DNA from: Octopus sinensis
Lineage: Eukaryota
Reading direction: 5' to 3'
Length of the DNA: 64,000 nt
Assembly (NCBI RefSeq): GCF_006345805.1
Contig: NC_043015.1
Coordinates: forward strand, 25,172,001 to 25,236,000
This document shows, in pieces, positions 38,781 to 51,505 of this stretch; position 1 is the first letter of the stretch; each line of letters begins with the position of its first letter. The notes beneath the pieces were generated by a model. The model ran no database searches, was not told the DNA's origin, and saw only the letters and a program-made list of their open reading frames with translations. Made by a program: the position numbers and the translations under genes.

Positions 38781-41700
38781 ATGAATTCTGCCAAATGCGA
38801 GTTTTCTTCTTCTTTTCAGGTACATGACGGCACTGCTCCCCGTCCCTGGGCCTCTCGGGTCAATACCTTCCACCCCCTCAGGGTGGGCACCCTCAACGCT
38901 GGCACACTGAAAGGTAGGTCTGGCGAGATAGTCGAGATGCTTGAACGGAGACGTGTTGACGTATGTTGTATGCAAGAAATAAGGTGGAGAGGAGGATCTG
39001 CTAGGTTCCTCACAGGCAAGGAACACAGGTACAAGATTTTCTGGGCAGGGAACACTGACGGGGTTGGTGGCATGGGTATACTTATCGCTGAGAAATGGAT
39101 AGATAGAGTAATTGAGGTAATCAGAGTAAGTGACAGAATACTTAAGATTAGAATAGTGCTTCATAATAGATTAGCAACCATTATATCGGCCTATGCCCCA
39201 CAGCCAGGGCTACCCGATGGACAGAAAGACAGTTTCTATGACACCCTACTGCAGACCACCTCATTGACGAACGACAGGGACCTTCTCTTTGTGGCTGGTG
39301 ATTTCAATGGGCATGTTGGATGACATGCTGGGGGCTTCCATGGCGTGCATGGAGGCTACGGTTATGGTTCCCGCAATGAGGAGGGAACCAGGCTGCTGGA
39401 GTTCTGCGATGCGAATAGTCTTATGATCTGCAACACTAACTTCAGGAAACCAACAAGCCACCTGGTCACCTACCGATCAGGCCGGCATACTAGCCAAATC
39501 GACTACATCCTCGCCAGAAAAAGGGAAAGATGGCTGCTTATAAATGCCAAAACCTTCCCAGGCGAAGAATGCACCCCACAACATAGACTGGTAGTTAGTG
39601 ACTTTAGGATCAGGACTAAGAGGGCGACTAGAAGACGACCAACATGGAGAAGAAGGGTCTGGAAGCTTAAAGACCCTGCGAATGGACAGAGATTTAGAGA
39701 TATGTTACTTGAAGCCTTTGACGAAGTGGAAGGGGGTATAGCTACACATGGGGTAGAAGACAACTGGACGTTTCTGAGGGACAACCTGCTGAAAGCCGCT
39801 GACCAGATCTGTGGCTGGTGCAAAGTCCCCTTAAGACCCAAAATAACATGGTGGTGGAACAATATTGTTGATAGGGCTATTAGACAAAAGAAACAGGCTT
39901 GGAAGGCCTGGAAGAACGGTGGTAGCAGGGAAGTGTATCAGACTGCCAGAAGGGAAGCTAGGAGACAGGTCTATCTAGCCAGAGGGGAAGCAGATAAAAG
40001 AAAATTTGCCAATGTCCTGCGCCGTGAGGATGAAAGACTTGAGGTATTTCGTGTTGCAAGACAGTGTGTGAGAGAGAATCGAGATGTGGTAGGAGAGAAA
40101 TGTGTTCGCATGGAGGATGGTTCACTTGCGCTAAATGAGGATGCAAAGAGAGAAGCTTGGAGACGCCACTATGAAAGGTTGCTGAATGAGGAAAATGAAT
40201 GGGATAAAGAGAGTCTGCCGAATGTTGACCCAACAGAGGGACCAGCTATCCGAGTTGATAGTTCCGTGGTAGCTAAGGCAATTAGAAGCATGAAGACAGG
40301 GAAAGCCCCAGGCCCATCAGGAATTACTGCAGAGATGCTCAAAATATCTGGTAGTGTCGGCTATAGCATAGTCACCTGTATAGTTAACCAGGTGATACAC
40401 GAAGGAGTCATACCCAATGACTGGTGTAGCAGCATAATAGTCAACTGCTACAAAGGTAAAGGCGATGCCCTAGATACAAATAACTACAGGGGCATCAAGC
40501 TGTTGGATCAGGTAATGAAGGTTACGGAGAGGGTTATAGCCCAGTTGATTAGAGAGAGAGTTAGCTTAGATGATATGCAGTTTGGGTTCGTGCCAGGGAA
40601 AAGTACTACTGATGCTATATTCCTGGTAAGACAGCTGCAGGAGAAATACCTAGCCAAAGGTAAGCCCTTGTACCTGGCTTTTGTTGACTTAGAGAAAGCC
40701 TTTGACAGGGTCCCCCGATCCCTTATCTGGTGGTCAATGAGGAAACTAGGGATAGATGAATGGTTAGTGAGAGCTGTGCGAGCCATGTACAGAGACGCAG
40801 CTAGTAAGGTGAGGGTTGGCAACGAGTACAGTGAAGAATTTCGGGTAGAGGTTGGGGTCCACCAAGGTTCAGTCCTCAGCCCCCTCCTATTTATCATAGT
40901 CTTCCAGGCAATAACGGAAGAATTTAAGACAGGATGCCCCTGGGAGCTCCTATATGCTGATGACCTTGCTCTAATTGCTGAGTCACTATCAGAACTGGAG
41001 GAGAAGTTTCAGGTGTGGAAACAAGGATTAGAATCGAAGGGCCTTAGAATCAACCTAGCCAAAACCAAAGTCCTAATAAGTAGGAAGGTGGACCAACCAC
41101 AAACGACTTCAGGTAGATGGCCCTGCTCGATCTGTAAAAAAGGTGTAGGTAGAAACTCTATAAGGTGCACCAAGTGTAAGCTATGGACACATAAGAGGTG
41201 CAGCAATGTCAAAGGAACGCTAACTAAGAAAATAGTTTTTGTCTGTGGCAGATGCTCAGGAGAAATAAACACTGGAAATGTGCAGAGACCAACTTCTACC
41301 ACGTTCCAGGGAGACAAACTAGAAGTAGTTGATAGCTTCCGCTACCTAGGAGACCAAGTCAGTAGCGGGGGTGGGTGTGCTGAAAGTGTAACTGCTAGAG
41401 TAAGAATAGCCTGGGCAAAGTTTAGAGAGCTCTTACCCCTGCTGGTGAAAAAAGGCCTCTCGCTAAGAGTAAAAGGCAGACTATATGATGCGTGTGTACG
41501 TACAGCCATGCTACATGGTAGTGAAACATGGGCCGTGACAGCTGAGGATATGCGTAAGCTTGCAAGAAATGAAGCCAGTATGCTCCGATGGATGTGTAAT
41601 GTCAGTGTTCATAATCGTCAGAGTGTAAGTACTTTGAGAGAAAAGTTGAACCTAAGAAGTGTCAGTTGTGGTGTGCAAGAGAGACGGCTGCGCTGGTATG

Positions 41701-41906
41701 GTCATGTGACGAGAATGGCTGAAGATAGTTGTGTGCAAAAGTGCTACACCCTAGCAGTTGAGGGAACCTGTGGAAGAGGTAGACCCAGGAAAACCTGGGA
41801 TGAGGTGGTGAAGCACGACCTTCGAACTTTAGGTCTCACCAAGGAAATGACTGAAGACCGAGTCCTATGGAAGTGTGCTGTGCATGAGAGGACCCGGCAG
41901 GACTAG
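38781..41906 (+). pseudogene. RTE ORF (APE endonuclease, reverse transcriptase, PHD-like finger) with one in-frame TGA at 39321-39323
   Basis: ORFs 38775-39323 and 39345-41906 are in the same frame. APE motifs LRVGTLNAGTL, CCMQEIRW, AGDFNGHVG, SQIDYIL. RT motifs NYRGIKLL, QFGF, AFVDLEKAFDRV, GVHQGSVLSPLLF, YADD (40953-40964), FRYLG. RTE C-terminus RRLRWYGHV...RGRPRKTW. Confidence 0.93.
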
Positions 41907-44474
41907 TCAGGCCATATCCCGTGGCCCCTACCTGGGACGTAGTCGATCCACCTGTGCATACCTTCCTTCTTGTGACACTTGAGAAGACCTGCTGAGGCAA
42001 GTGAAAATCAATCAAAGTAGATGAACATCAATGGAATTTGTATCTTTGTGGTACCAGTGCCTGTGGCACACAAGAAAACCATCCGAACGTGGCCGTAGCC
42101 AGTACCGCATCGACTGGCCTCCGTGCTGTGGGAACATGGTGGCACATAAAAACACCATCCGAAGACCCGGCAAGACTAGTCAGGTCATAACCCGTGGGCC
42201 CTACCTGGGACGTAGTCAGTCCACCTGTACATACCTTCCTTCTTGTGACACTTGTGAAGACCTGCTGAGGCAAGTGAAAATCAAATCAAAATCAAAACAA
42301 ATCAAAATAGATGAACATCAATGGAATTTGTATCCTTGTGGTACCAGTGCCGGTGGCACACAAGAGTCCATCCGAACGTGGCCGTAGTCAGTACCGCTTG
42401 TGGTACCAGTGCCGGTGGCACACAAGAATCCATCCGAACGTGGCCGTAGTCAGTACCGCATCACTGGCCATCGTGCTGTGGGCACATAACAAACACCATC
42501 CGGTCGTGGCCGTTCGCCAGCCTCATCTAGCACCTGTGTCGGTGGCACATAAAAAGTAGTCAGTACCGCTTGTGGTACCAGTGCCGGTGGCACACAAGAA
42601 TCCATCCGAACATGGCCGTAGTCAGTACCGCATCACTGGCCATCGTGCTGTTGGCACATAACAAACACCATCCGGTCGTGGCCATTCGCCAGCCTCATCT
42701 AGCACCTGTGTCGGTGGCACATAAAAACACCTTCCGAAGACCCGGCAAGACTAGTCAGGCCATAAACCATGGCCCCTACCTGGGACGTAGTCAGTCCACC
42801 TGTGCATACCTTCCTCCTTGTGATACTTGTGAAGGCCTGTTGAGGCAAGTGAAAATCAAAATCAAAATCAAAATCAAAATCAAAACATCAAATAGATGAA
42901 CATCAATGGAATTTGTATCTTTGTGGTACCAGTGCCGGTGGCATACAAGAAACCATCCGAAAGTGCCGTAGCCAGTACAGCATCGACTGGCCTCCGTGCT
43001 GTGGGCACATGACAAACACCATCCGATCGTGGCCATTCGCCAGCCTCATCTAGCCCTGTGTCGGTAGCACATAAAAACACCATCCGAAGACCCGGCAAGA
43101 CTAGTCAGGCCATAACCCATGGCCCCTACCTGGGACGTAGTCAGTCCACCTGTGCATACCTTCCTTCATGTGACACTTGTGAAGACCTGTTGAGGCAAGT
43201 GAAAATCAAAACAAATCAAAATAGATGAACATCAATGGAATCTGTATCTTTGTGGTACCAGTGCCGTGGCACACACTTTGTGCCAGTGCCGGTGGCACAC
43301 AAGAGAACCATCCGAACGTGCCGTAGCCAGTTCCGCATCGACCGGCCTCCGTGCTGTGGGCACGTAACAAACACCATCCGATCATGGCCGTTCGCCAGCC
43401 TCATCTGGCACCTGTGTCGGTGGCACATAAAAACACCTTCCGAAGACCCGGCAAGACTAGTCAGTCCACCTGTGCATACCTTCCTCTTGTGACACTTGTG
43501 AAGACCGTTGAGGCAAGTGAAAATCAAATCAAAATCAAAATAGACAAAATAGATGAACATCAATGGAATTTGTATCTTGTGGTACCAGTGCCTGTGGCAC
43601 ACAAGAATCCATCAGTGCTGTAGTCAGTGCGGTGGGCACATGACAAACACCATCCGATCGTGGCCGTTCGCCAGCCTCATCTAGCACCTGTGTCGGTGGC
43701 ACATAAAAACACCATCCGAAGACCCGGCAAGACTAGTCAGGCCATAACCCATGGCCCCTACCTGGGACGTAGTCAGTCCACCTGTGCATACTTCCTTCTT
43801 GTGACACTTGTGAAGACCTGTTGAGGCAAGTGAAAATCAAAACAAATCAAAATAGATGAACATCAAATGGAATTTGTATCCTTGTGGTACCAGTGCCGGT
43901 GGCACGTGGCACATAAGAAAACCATCCGAACGTGGCCGTAGCCAGTACCGCATCGACTGGCCTCCGTGCTGTGGGCACGTAACAAGCACCATCCGATCGT
44001 GGCCGTTTGCCAGCCTCATCTGGCACCTGTGTCGGTGGCACATAAAAACACCATCCGAGCGTGGCTGTCTGCCAGCCTCGTCTGGCACCTGTGTCGGTGG
44101 CACATAAAAACACCATCCGAGCATGGCCGTCTGCCAGCCTCGTCTGGCACCTGTGTCGGTGGCACATAAAAAACACCATCCGAGCGTGGCCGTCTGCCAG
44201 CCTCGTCTGGCACCTGTGTCGGTGCACATAAAAACACCATCCGAGCGTGGCCGTTTGCCAGCCTCGTCTGGCACCTGTGTCGGTGGCACATAAAATCACC
44301 CACTACACTCTCGGAGTGGTTGGCGTTAGGAAGGGCATCCAGCTGTAGAAACACTGCCAGATCTGACTGGACTGGTGCAGCTTTCGGGCTCCCCAGACCC
44401 CAGTTGAACCGTCCAACCCATGCTAGCATGGAAAGTGGACGTTAAATGATGATGATGATGATGATGATGATGAT
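41897..44474 (+). repeat. Tandemly amplified RTE 3' UTR: about six units of ~275-570 bp plus internal ~60-bp repeats
   Basis: The sequence gactagtcag(g)...cccctacctgggacgtagtc restarts at about 41900, 42174, 42750, 43099, 43455 and 43731. 60-bp accatccgagcgtggccgtctgccagcctcgtctggcacctgtgtcggtggcacataaaaac repeats lie near 44050-44295. Confidence 0.9.
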
Positions 44475-45039
44475 ATATATATATATATCTAAGAGAGATG
44501 GTACTACACCACTATACATATATAAAAATACAAACTGGGACAAGAATGCAAAACATTTAGAAGACGATACAAAAAACACGGACAGGACATTCAAAGCCTT
44601 CAATCTTCAGTCAAGAACCGGATCATCCTCGCAATTTCGGCTGATTAATCTTGAGATTGCTCCAATCTGGCCAGCCCCAAGGAAAAACTAAGCTAAGCGC
44701 ATTAGATTCCTTAGAAGAAAGCTTTGAATGTATACAAAACAAGGACGGAAAAACAGACGATGTTACACGAATATGAATACAAAAAAAATACGTAAAAACA
44801 ATAATAATAACAGGAAATCACAAACAGGCGTCTTTCAATTAGGATGAATTAAACTCAGCTGGCGTGTTAGGAATGTGCCTTGGGGCAGAGAAAAAAAATG
44901 TTGATGTTACCACAACTGCTGCCAGACACAAAAGGCCAGTAGTCGGTCAGTCAGTTACATGTGAAGAGAAGAGAGAGGAAAAGAGGGAGAGAGGAATTAA
45001 GGAGGGGGAGAAGAGAGAGAAAAAGAGGAACAAGGAATT

Positions 45040-45330
45040 AAGGAGTGATGAAAAGTTACTGGAAAAACGATATAAGTATTTGCATTGGGACTCCTTTCAT
45101 CAAAAACCGGTGATTGTTGTACGCTGATGACAGGTCAAAACCTAGAAACTGCAGTCTGTGTGTATCACTTAGGTTGACGAGGGAAGGATGACCTCCCTTT
45201 GAAAACACCATAAGAGCACAGAAAGTGTGCCTAAAGCCAGCTGGAGACGATGTTCTCCTGGGGCTACAAGCTACAGTAACACCCACCCTTAGTGGTTAGC
45301 CATATTGAGATGGCAACTATACCTCACACA
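45040..45330 (+). mobile_element. HHR-bearing ~340-bp repeat, family A (Penelope pLTR/retrozyme-like)
   Basis: Homologous to 62319-62660 and, inverted, to 56317-56534 plus 62065-62309; contains the HHR core at 45120-45160. Confidence 0.75.
45120..45160 (+). ncRNA. Minimal type I hammerhead ribozyme motif
   Basis: tacg-CTGATGA-c-aggt(caaa)acct-a-GAAAC-tgca-GTC-tgtg. Confidence 0.7.
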
Positions 45331-45348
45331 TATATATATATATATATA

Positions 45349-45649
45349 TAGTATTATTAGTGAATTGAAGAAATGGAGTTGAACGAAGATTGAACAGAAT
45401 TCCTTTTATTGCATTCTACACATGTTTCAAAAGCCACAATTTTCCAAATTCTGATTAAATAAGGATCCCATGTTGTGGCTTTCTCTTCAGGAATTCCTAT
45501 TTTTTTCCTGAAGAGAAAGCCACAACATGGGATCCTTATTTAATCAGAATTTGGAAAATTGTGGCTTTTGAAACATGTGTAGAATGCAATAAAAGGAATT
45601 CTGTTCAATCTTCGTTCAACTCCATTTCTTCAATTCACTAATAATACTA
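45349..45649. repeat. Perfect 145-bp inverted repeat (11-bp spacer); each arm carries an HHR motif (family B)
   Basis: Arms 45349-45493 and 45505-45649 are exact reverse complements. Plus arm: ttc-CTGAAGA(45508)-g-aaagccacaa...ttgtggcttt-t-GAAAC(45570)-atgt-GTA-gaa. Confidence 0.9.
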
Positions 45650-45810
45650 AAATTCAATTATCCGCACCAACGCACGGTTGTAACACCAAAAGGTTTTATC
45701 TCCAACCGTGCTTTCTTCTGCCGTGATTTTTGCTACCAAGGTATCGGTTAAACTTTTGATTAATCTGCAACAAGATTATTCATCTTTCTATTTTACCAAA
45801 TATATATATA

Positions 45811-45952
45811 GGAAGGGCATCCAGCTGTAGAAACACTGCCAGATCTGACTGGCCTGGTGCAGCCTTCGGGCTTGCCAGACTCCAGTTGAACCGTCCAACC
45901 CATGCTAGCATGGAAAGCGGACGTTAAACGATGATGATGATGATGATGATGA

Positions 45953-45956
<4 letters not shown>
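45811..45956 (+). mobile_element. Short 3'-terminal RTE fragment with (GAT)n tail
   Basis: ggaagggcatccagctgtagaaacactgcc...ggacgttaaacgatgatg is nearly identical to the RTE 3' end; (TA)n lies on both sides. Confidence 0.85.
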
Positions 45957-46003
<47 letters not shown>

Positions 46004-46496
46004 GCTCGAATGGAAGTAGGTAGCCTAAACTGTGCTGGTGCTCTACTCACCATTTCAGCACACTAATTGAATTTTACTTATTTGTCCAAATTATTTATTA
46101 TTTATTATATTTATACATATGCTAAACATATGAATACATAATCTATACATGGAGCATGTATACATAATCTCCATTGCAAGCATAAACAAGCCAAATGTTC
46201 TTTGTGTGTGCACGCATACAAGTGAAAATACATTTATACAATACATAATGTAGGTAATTCACACGCATATATTTGTGAGCATATATGTATATACATATAA
46301 AGGTGTATGTAATCTTCAGTCTTGTTAAATACACACACACATCTATAACTTTGAGAGGCTACAGAGCCAAACTTTCCACACTATATTCTTCATTCATCTG
46401 CCAAACTCACATTTTCAACAATTAAATTCTTCCTCCTCTGTATACAGTGATGTTGCCCAGTTCCCTAACTTTGAGATCACCCCCCATACACCCCAC

Positions 46497-46527
<31 letters not shown>

Positions 46528-49189
46528 GTACACCAATACAGATTTACATGAATACGTGAATATAAATATACATATAATATATAATATATATCATATAGAT
46601 ATATGCATATATCATGTGCATATATATCATTTGTATATATGCATATATTAATATATGTGTGTGTGTGTGTGTACAAAAATATAAGTGTACTTCCATTCAC
46701 ACAAACACACATGCATGCTCATGCGTGCACAACTCCATTAAAACCAAGTGTGAGCTGAATGGATTCATGTTAATTCATCTAATTCAACTCTTCTAAGATT
46801 GCTGTTCTATCAGCTCAAGCGAAGTGACAAAACACTTCTCTGATGTTGAATGTTATTGGCGAGAGGGAGGAAGAAGCTTGCCAGTGAGCTGTCATACTTC
46901 TTTTCAATGCCTTGTTCTGGGGGAATATTGAAAATATCACAAATTCAAAGCTGATAATAGAAACACAAAGTGTTTATCTGACATTATAATATACATATTT
47001 CATGAGCGATGCCAAAATGTTTAAGCCAACTTCGTTACACTGATTTCCAATGAAGCCATGAATCAGAGAGAAAATTTTTAATGAAACAACCTCAGAGTTT
47101 AATTGGATTCTTGATTTGTCTCCTTATGCTCTTAGAAATATACTTTGTTTGTTTACACACATAAACACATTAATACGTGCATAAATCACACACAAATGCA
47201 TTAAAATATGTATACATAAGTATCTATCTATGTATCTTACACTATAATAAATTCAGGGTGAATACTTGATAAATGTAAGCATCTGTATATGCCAGCTAGT
47301 AGCATAGGTGAGAGGATATGTGTATCAAATGAAATAAAATGAAAACGGCAACATCCTTTGTGTCCTGTTTTTCATTTTATTTCATTTGATACATATATCT
47401 TACACTATATATATATTTATGAATTTGTGCTTCCATGTGTGTGTGTGTGCTTTGTAAAGGAATCGAATATGTATTTGATTAGAAGCTGGTGTGTGTTTTT
47501 TCTTTCTGTTGATATTCATAGGTACGTCTGCTATTCTTAATTTTAGAACCACTTTGTCTATAGCTAAAGGGAGTCTTTCCTTAGAATTACCAGGCACTCG
47601 CAGACTCAAGTGGATATTTGCAGTTTAATCCAAGCTCAGCAATACAAAGCAACTGAAACTGATTGACCGGAATGTACAGATCCACCAGACCAGCCATCAT
47701 TAAACATCACCTCTTCATTTAATCTCAAGTGGCCTGGAAACACTTTCCTTACAGCCAAGTTATTAAAATTCACGTAAACATATGTGCACCCCCACACATA
47801 CACTCCAACTCTGTCATGACATACTTATAGAGGTAAAGTAAAAGCTTCCTAAGTGTAAAACATCATTAATTATTCCATGGAATCTTCTCTCATATGTCTA
47901 TGTCTACTACTTGTGACTTCAATGAGGAACCAGGAAATAAAAAAAAAAGCTGACACTCTGTCAGTTATGTCTAAGAGTGTTCCAGTTAATCCAATTAATG
48001 GAACAGCTTGCTAAGGAAATAAACGTGCAAGTGGCTGAGCACTCCACAGACACTTATACCACTCCCATAGTTCTCCGGAAGATTTTGTATGACACAGAGT
48101 GTGACAAAGCTGGCTCTTTGAATTACAGGAATAACACATTTTTGCCAGATGAGAGAATTGGAGCAATAAAATATTTTGCTCAATGACATGAGCCACCACA
48201 ATCTTACAACCACAAACCAAATAGGAATAATACATTTCTAAATCTCTCAGAGAGATTTATACAGTAGCAGCACAATAAAGTGGTGGTACATTGTCAACTT
48301 AATGTGACAGTCCCATGAAAGGGAAGAATGCTACTGTTATTTAGCCCTAGGAAACACCGTTTCCTGTTGGCCTTGACACATTTCCTGTGTCCTTATGTTT
48401 TCAAAGGGGAGATACCAAATATCCTAACCACCAAAGCCCACACCTCAACAGTCAGGAAATAAAGAAGAATTGATGAAATGGACCCCAGTGTATGACTGCT
48501 ATTTGTTCACTTCAAAACAACGACAGGAGTGATAATTATTTCCAATTTAGGCATAAGACCAGCAATTTTAAAAAGAGGGTTAGTCAATTGTATCAGCCCC
48601 AGTAAAGTACTTGCCATGTACATTATTTAATCAACCCCAAAATAATGGTAAAAGCTGACCTCAGTGAGAATTTAACTTAGAATATAGAGGGATGCAACTA
48701 AATATTGACTGTTGTTCTAATGAACCTGTCAATCCACCACCTTAATGATAATTGTTTTACTAAATCTTATTAGTGTCAGGGATTTTAGAAGGAGGGCTTG
48801 TCAATTAAATAAACCCCTGCACTTTTACTGATCCTTCAAGTTATCTATTCAAAAGGGAGGAAAGGCAGGATTTGAAACCAGAATGTAAACAGCTGAAGCA
48901 AATAGCACAGAGCATTTTGTCATGCACCCTAACAATTCTGCTTATACATCACCCTAATATTATTTGAAAGACTCTTTCTGTCATTCACTTTCCACATTTA
49001 GTAACTTTTCATAGTGACCTCTCCTCCTCTCTCTCTCTCTCTTTCTTTATTAGTCTCCCCTTCTCCCCCGCTCTATATATTTCTCCATTCAAGTAATTAT
49101 CTTCCTTTGTGTAAGGATAACACATGAACAAAACAAACAGAAATGTAGGAATACATAGAATTATAGCATAGATAATAATAATAATAATA

Positions 49190-49247
<58 letters not shown>

Positions 49248-51296
49248 AAATAAAAACAATAATAATGATGATGATGTTGATGCTGATGATGACAATAATA
49301 AACTGACTACAAATGCCTGGTGATTTCTAATTTTAGCACAATAATACCATTAATCTGACTGAGAAGATTTTAATCAAATCATATTTATTACACAGTTTAT
49401 TAAACCCAGAAGACTGAAATGCAAAAATAGAATCCAGAAAGAATTTGTAATGAAAACAGCACAAGTTCTTTTATTGAAGCAATTGAGTACCAACCCAACG
49501 GTGACCACTCTGGTCCTTTGATACAGGCTTCCTCTTTTAAAGAGATCTTAATTAAAACCTGTTAAAGCTTCCTGTTAATTTATGCCCTAAATACTATCTT
49601 CATAATCTTTTCTAGCATAAACACAAGGCCTCGAAATTCTTTGGAAGGAATAAAGTTGGTTACATTGACCCCAGTGCTTCATTGGTCCTTATTTTATTAA
49701 CCCCTAAAAGAACGAAAGGCAAAGTTGACCTCAATGGCATTTCAACTCAGAACATATATCAAAGAAAAATGCCACTAAGTGTTTTGTCCAATATGGCAAC
49801 GGTGCTGCCATCTTGTGCCCTTATGCTAGCTTAACATTGGAAAAGTTATTTTACTAGACTTTTCATTATTTTCAAAATTAATTCCAATAAAGACAAAAAG
49901 GTAATATTCTACCATTTTTCTCATTACAAGTCAGCAATAATAGTAATAATTCTCAAATCAAGTGAAATCATTTCCAAACACTTTCTATCATTCGGTTCGT
50001 TAATCTGTCATTTCTATCCTTTCAGATTTGGGCTTTCTTTATTCATGGCTCCAACTAATGTGGTTGGTGGAACATCTGATCCAGCATTTCATTGGATGGC
50101 ATAATCCTGATAATACCCATCTCCTTTCCAGGGTTTAGGTACTTTTGGCTCTTGCAGAGCTTACCCTCTTTTGACAAACTTTGTTTCTATTCATCCTACT
50201 GGGTGACATATCTTCTTCACTGGGTTAGTCCCACTGATGGCCAGCATGTGCGAATGTGTATGAAGGGCGATGTAATAAATATATACACATATAAATATGT
50301 GTGTATATTTATATACATTCAGTAGCAGGAACCCTGCCAGAGCAGACAATGGAGTTCAGTTCAGTCCTGTGGTTGGTTGGTTCTTGTTGGACTGTCCAAA
50401 ACTTAGTATGAAAAAAGAGATACTAAATGATGGTTTAGAATACTTTTGATTCTAAGACTGTTGAATCAGGCTAATGCAGGGCTAAGCAAAAGCAACATAG
50501 CCATCAATTTAGGTGGATAAAGTGAAAGTGATTTGAACTTTTCTGCAAAGTTTCCTCCAGCGAGCAAAAAGCTAGTCATTAGGGCTGAAACCAATTCAAG
50601 GTGATTGTGGTCAATAAGGCACAACTCATGGAACCCTTCTGCAAGTGAAGGCTGATTCCGTCCTTGGTGCCTTGTTTGAGTGAAGTATACAAGCTAAGGG
50701 GGGAAAAGCTTGTGAACCCCGAGATAACTGCTGATGATACAGATGAGATTCTGACATTGCAATGAGTGAAGTCATCGGAAGAAGAAGCACTTGAAATACA
50801 TCGGAGCAGTTCCTGCACATTTTGCAATGGACAAACGATTCCTGAAATCTATTTTGTGTTTAACATTGTTAGCAAGGAGGTGGAAGGGTGGCTTATTGGT
50901 TGGTGTTTGGCCTTAGTTAGGTCTTGATTGAATATACATACTATCAAAGACATTCCAGATGTAACATCCTCCCTTTTCTCCAGCCATAATACATCTAGTA
51001 TTTGGTCAGATGTGATTTTTAAGAGGAATGTAGTTACTAATTTTAGCAGATTGAGAAATCAATCAAGCATTCTGCTATTCTCTTTTATTCTGCTATGGGG
51101 AATTTTCTGAAATAAATTATCGTTTTGGATGTCTGTATGTTGGTCATTTGACTTACATATGTTCAAACCTACAACCAAAATTATTCCAGAACCTTGTTTC
51201 TCAATTGTACAAACTATGACAAGCAGAGTAATTTCCCTTGCCAAACTCTATGACAATGAATACTATGATAATCCCCTGAAGAAACCTTAAACCAAA

Positions 51297-51505
51297 GGTG
51301 GTGAGCTGGCAGAAACGTTAGCAAGCCTGGCAAAATGCTTAGTGGTATTTTGTCTGTTCTTATGTTCTGAGTTCAAATTCCACGAAGGTCAACTTTGCCT
51401 TTTATTCTTTCGGGGTCAATAAATTAAGTATGAGTTGCACACTGGGGTCGATCTAATCGACTGGCTCTCTCCCCAAAATTTCGGGCCTTTTGCCTAGAAA
51501 AGAAT
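51297..51505 (+). mobile_element. tRNA-derived SINE (family 2)
   Basis: ggtggtgagctggcagaaacgttagc...gttctgagttcaaattcc...ggggtcgatctaatcgac. Related copies lie at 27121-27331 (-), 53830-54063 (-), 8110-8330 (-), 49610-49830 (-) and 32140-32290 (-). Confidence 0.75.

Larger units (their letters stand above)
37590..44474 (+). mobile_element. Near full-length RTE-clade non-LTR retrotransposon
   Basis: Single long EN-RT reading frame, long 3' UTR ending in a (GAT)n tail at 44447-44474, flanked on both sides by (TA)-rich microsatellite. The 5' boundary is inferred from where the microsatellite ends. Confidence 0.85.

Noticed and set aside
50520-50900. Acidic peptide stretch suggesting a pogo/Tigger C-terminus
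   Set aside because: Multiple stops and no DDE or HTH motif could be recognised.
51152-51242. 91-nt AG..GTAAGT segment on the minus strand
   Set aside because: The length is not a multiple of three and no frame resembles CCDC39.
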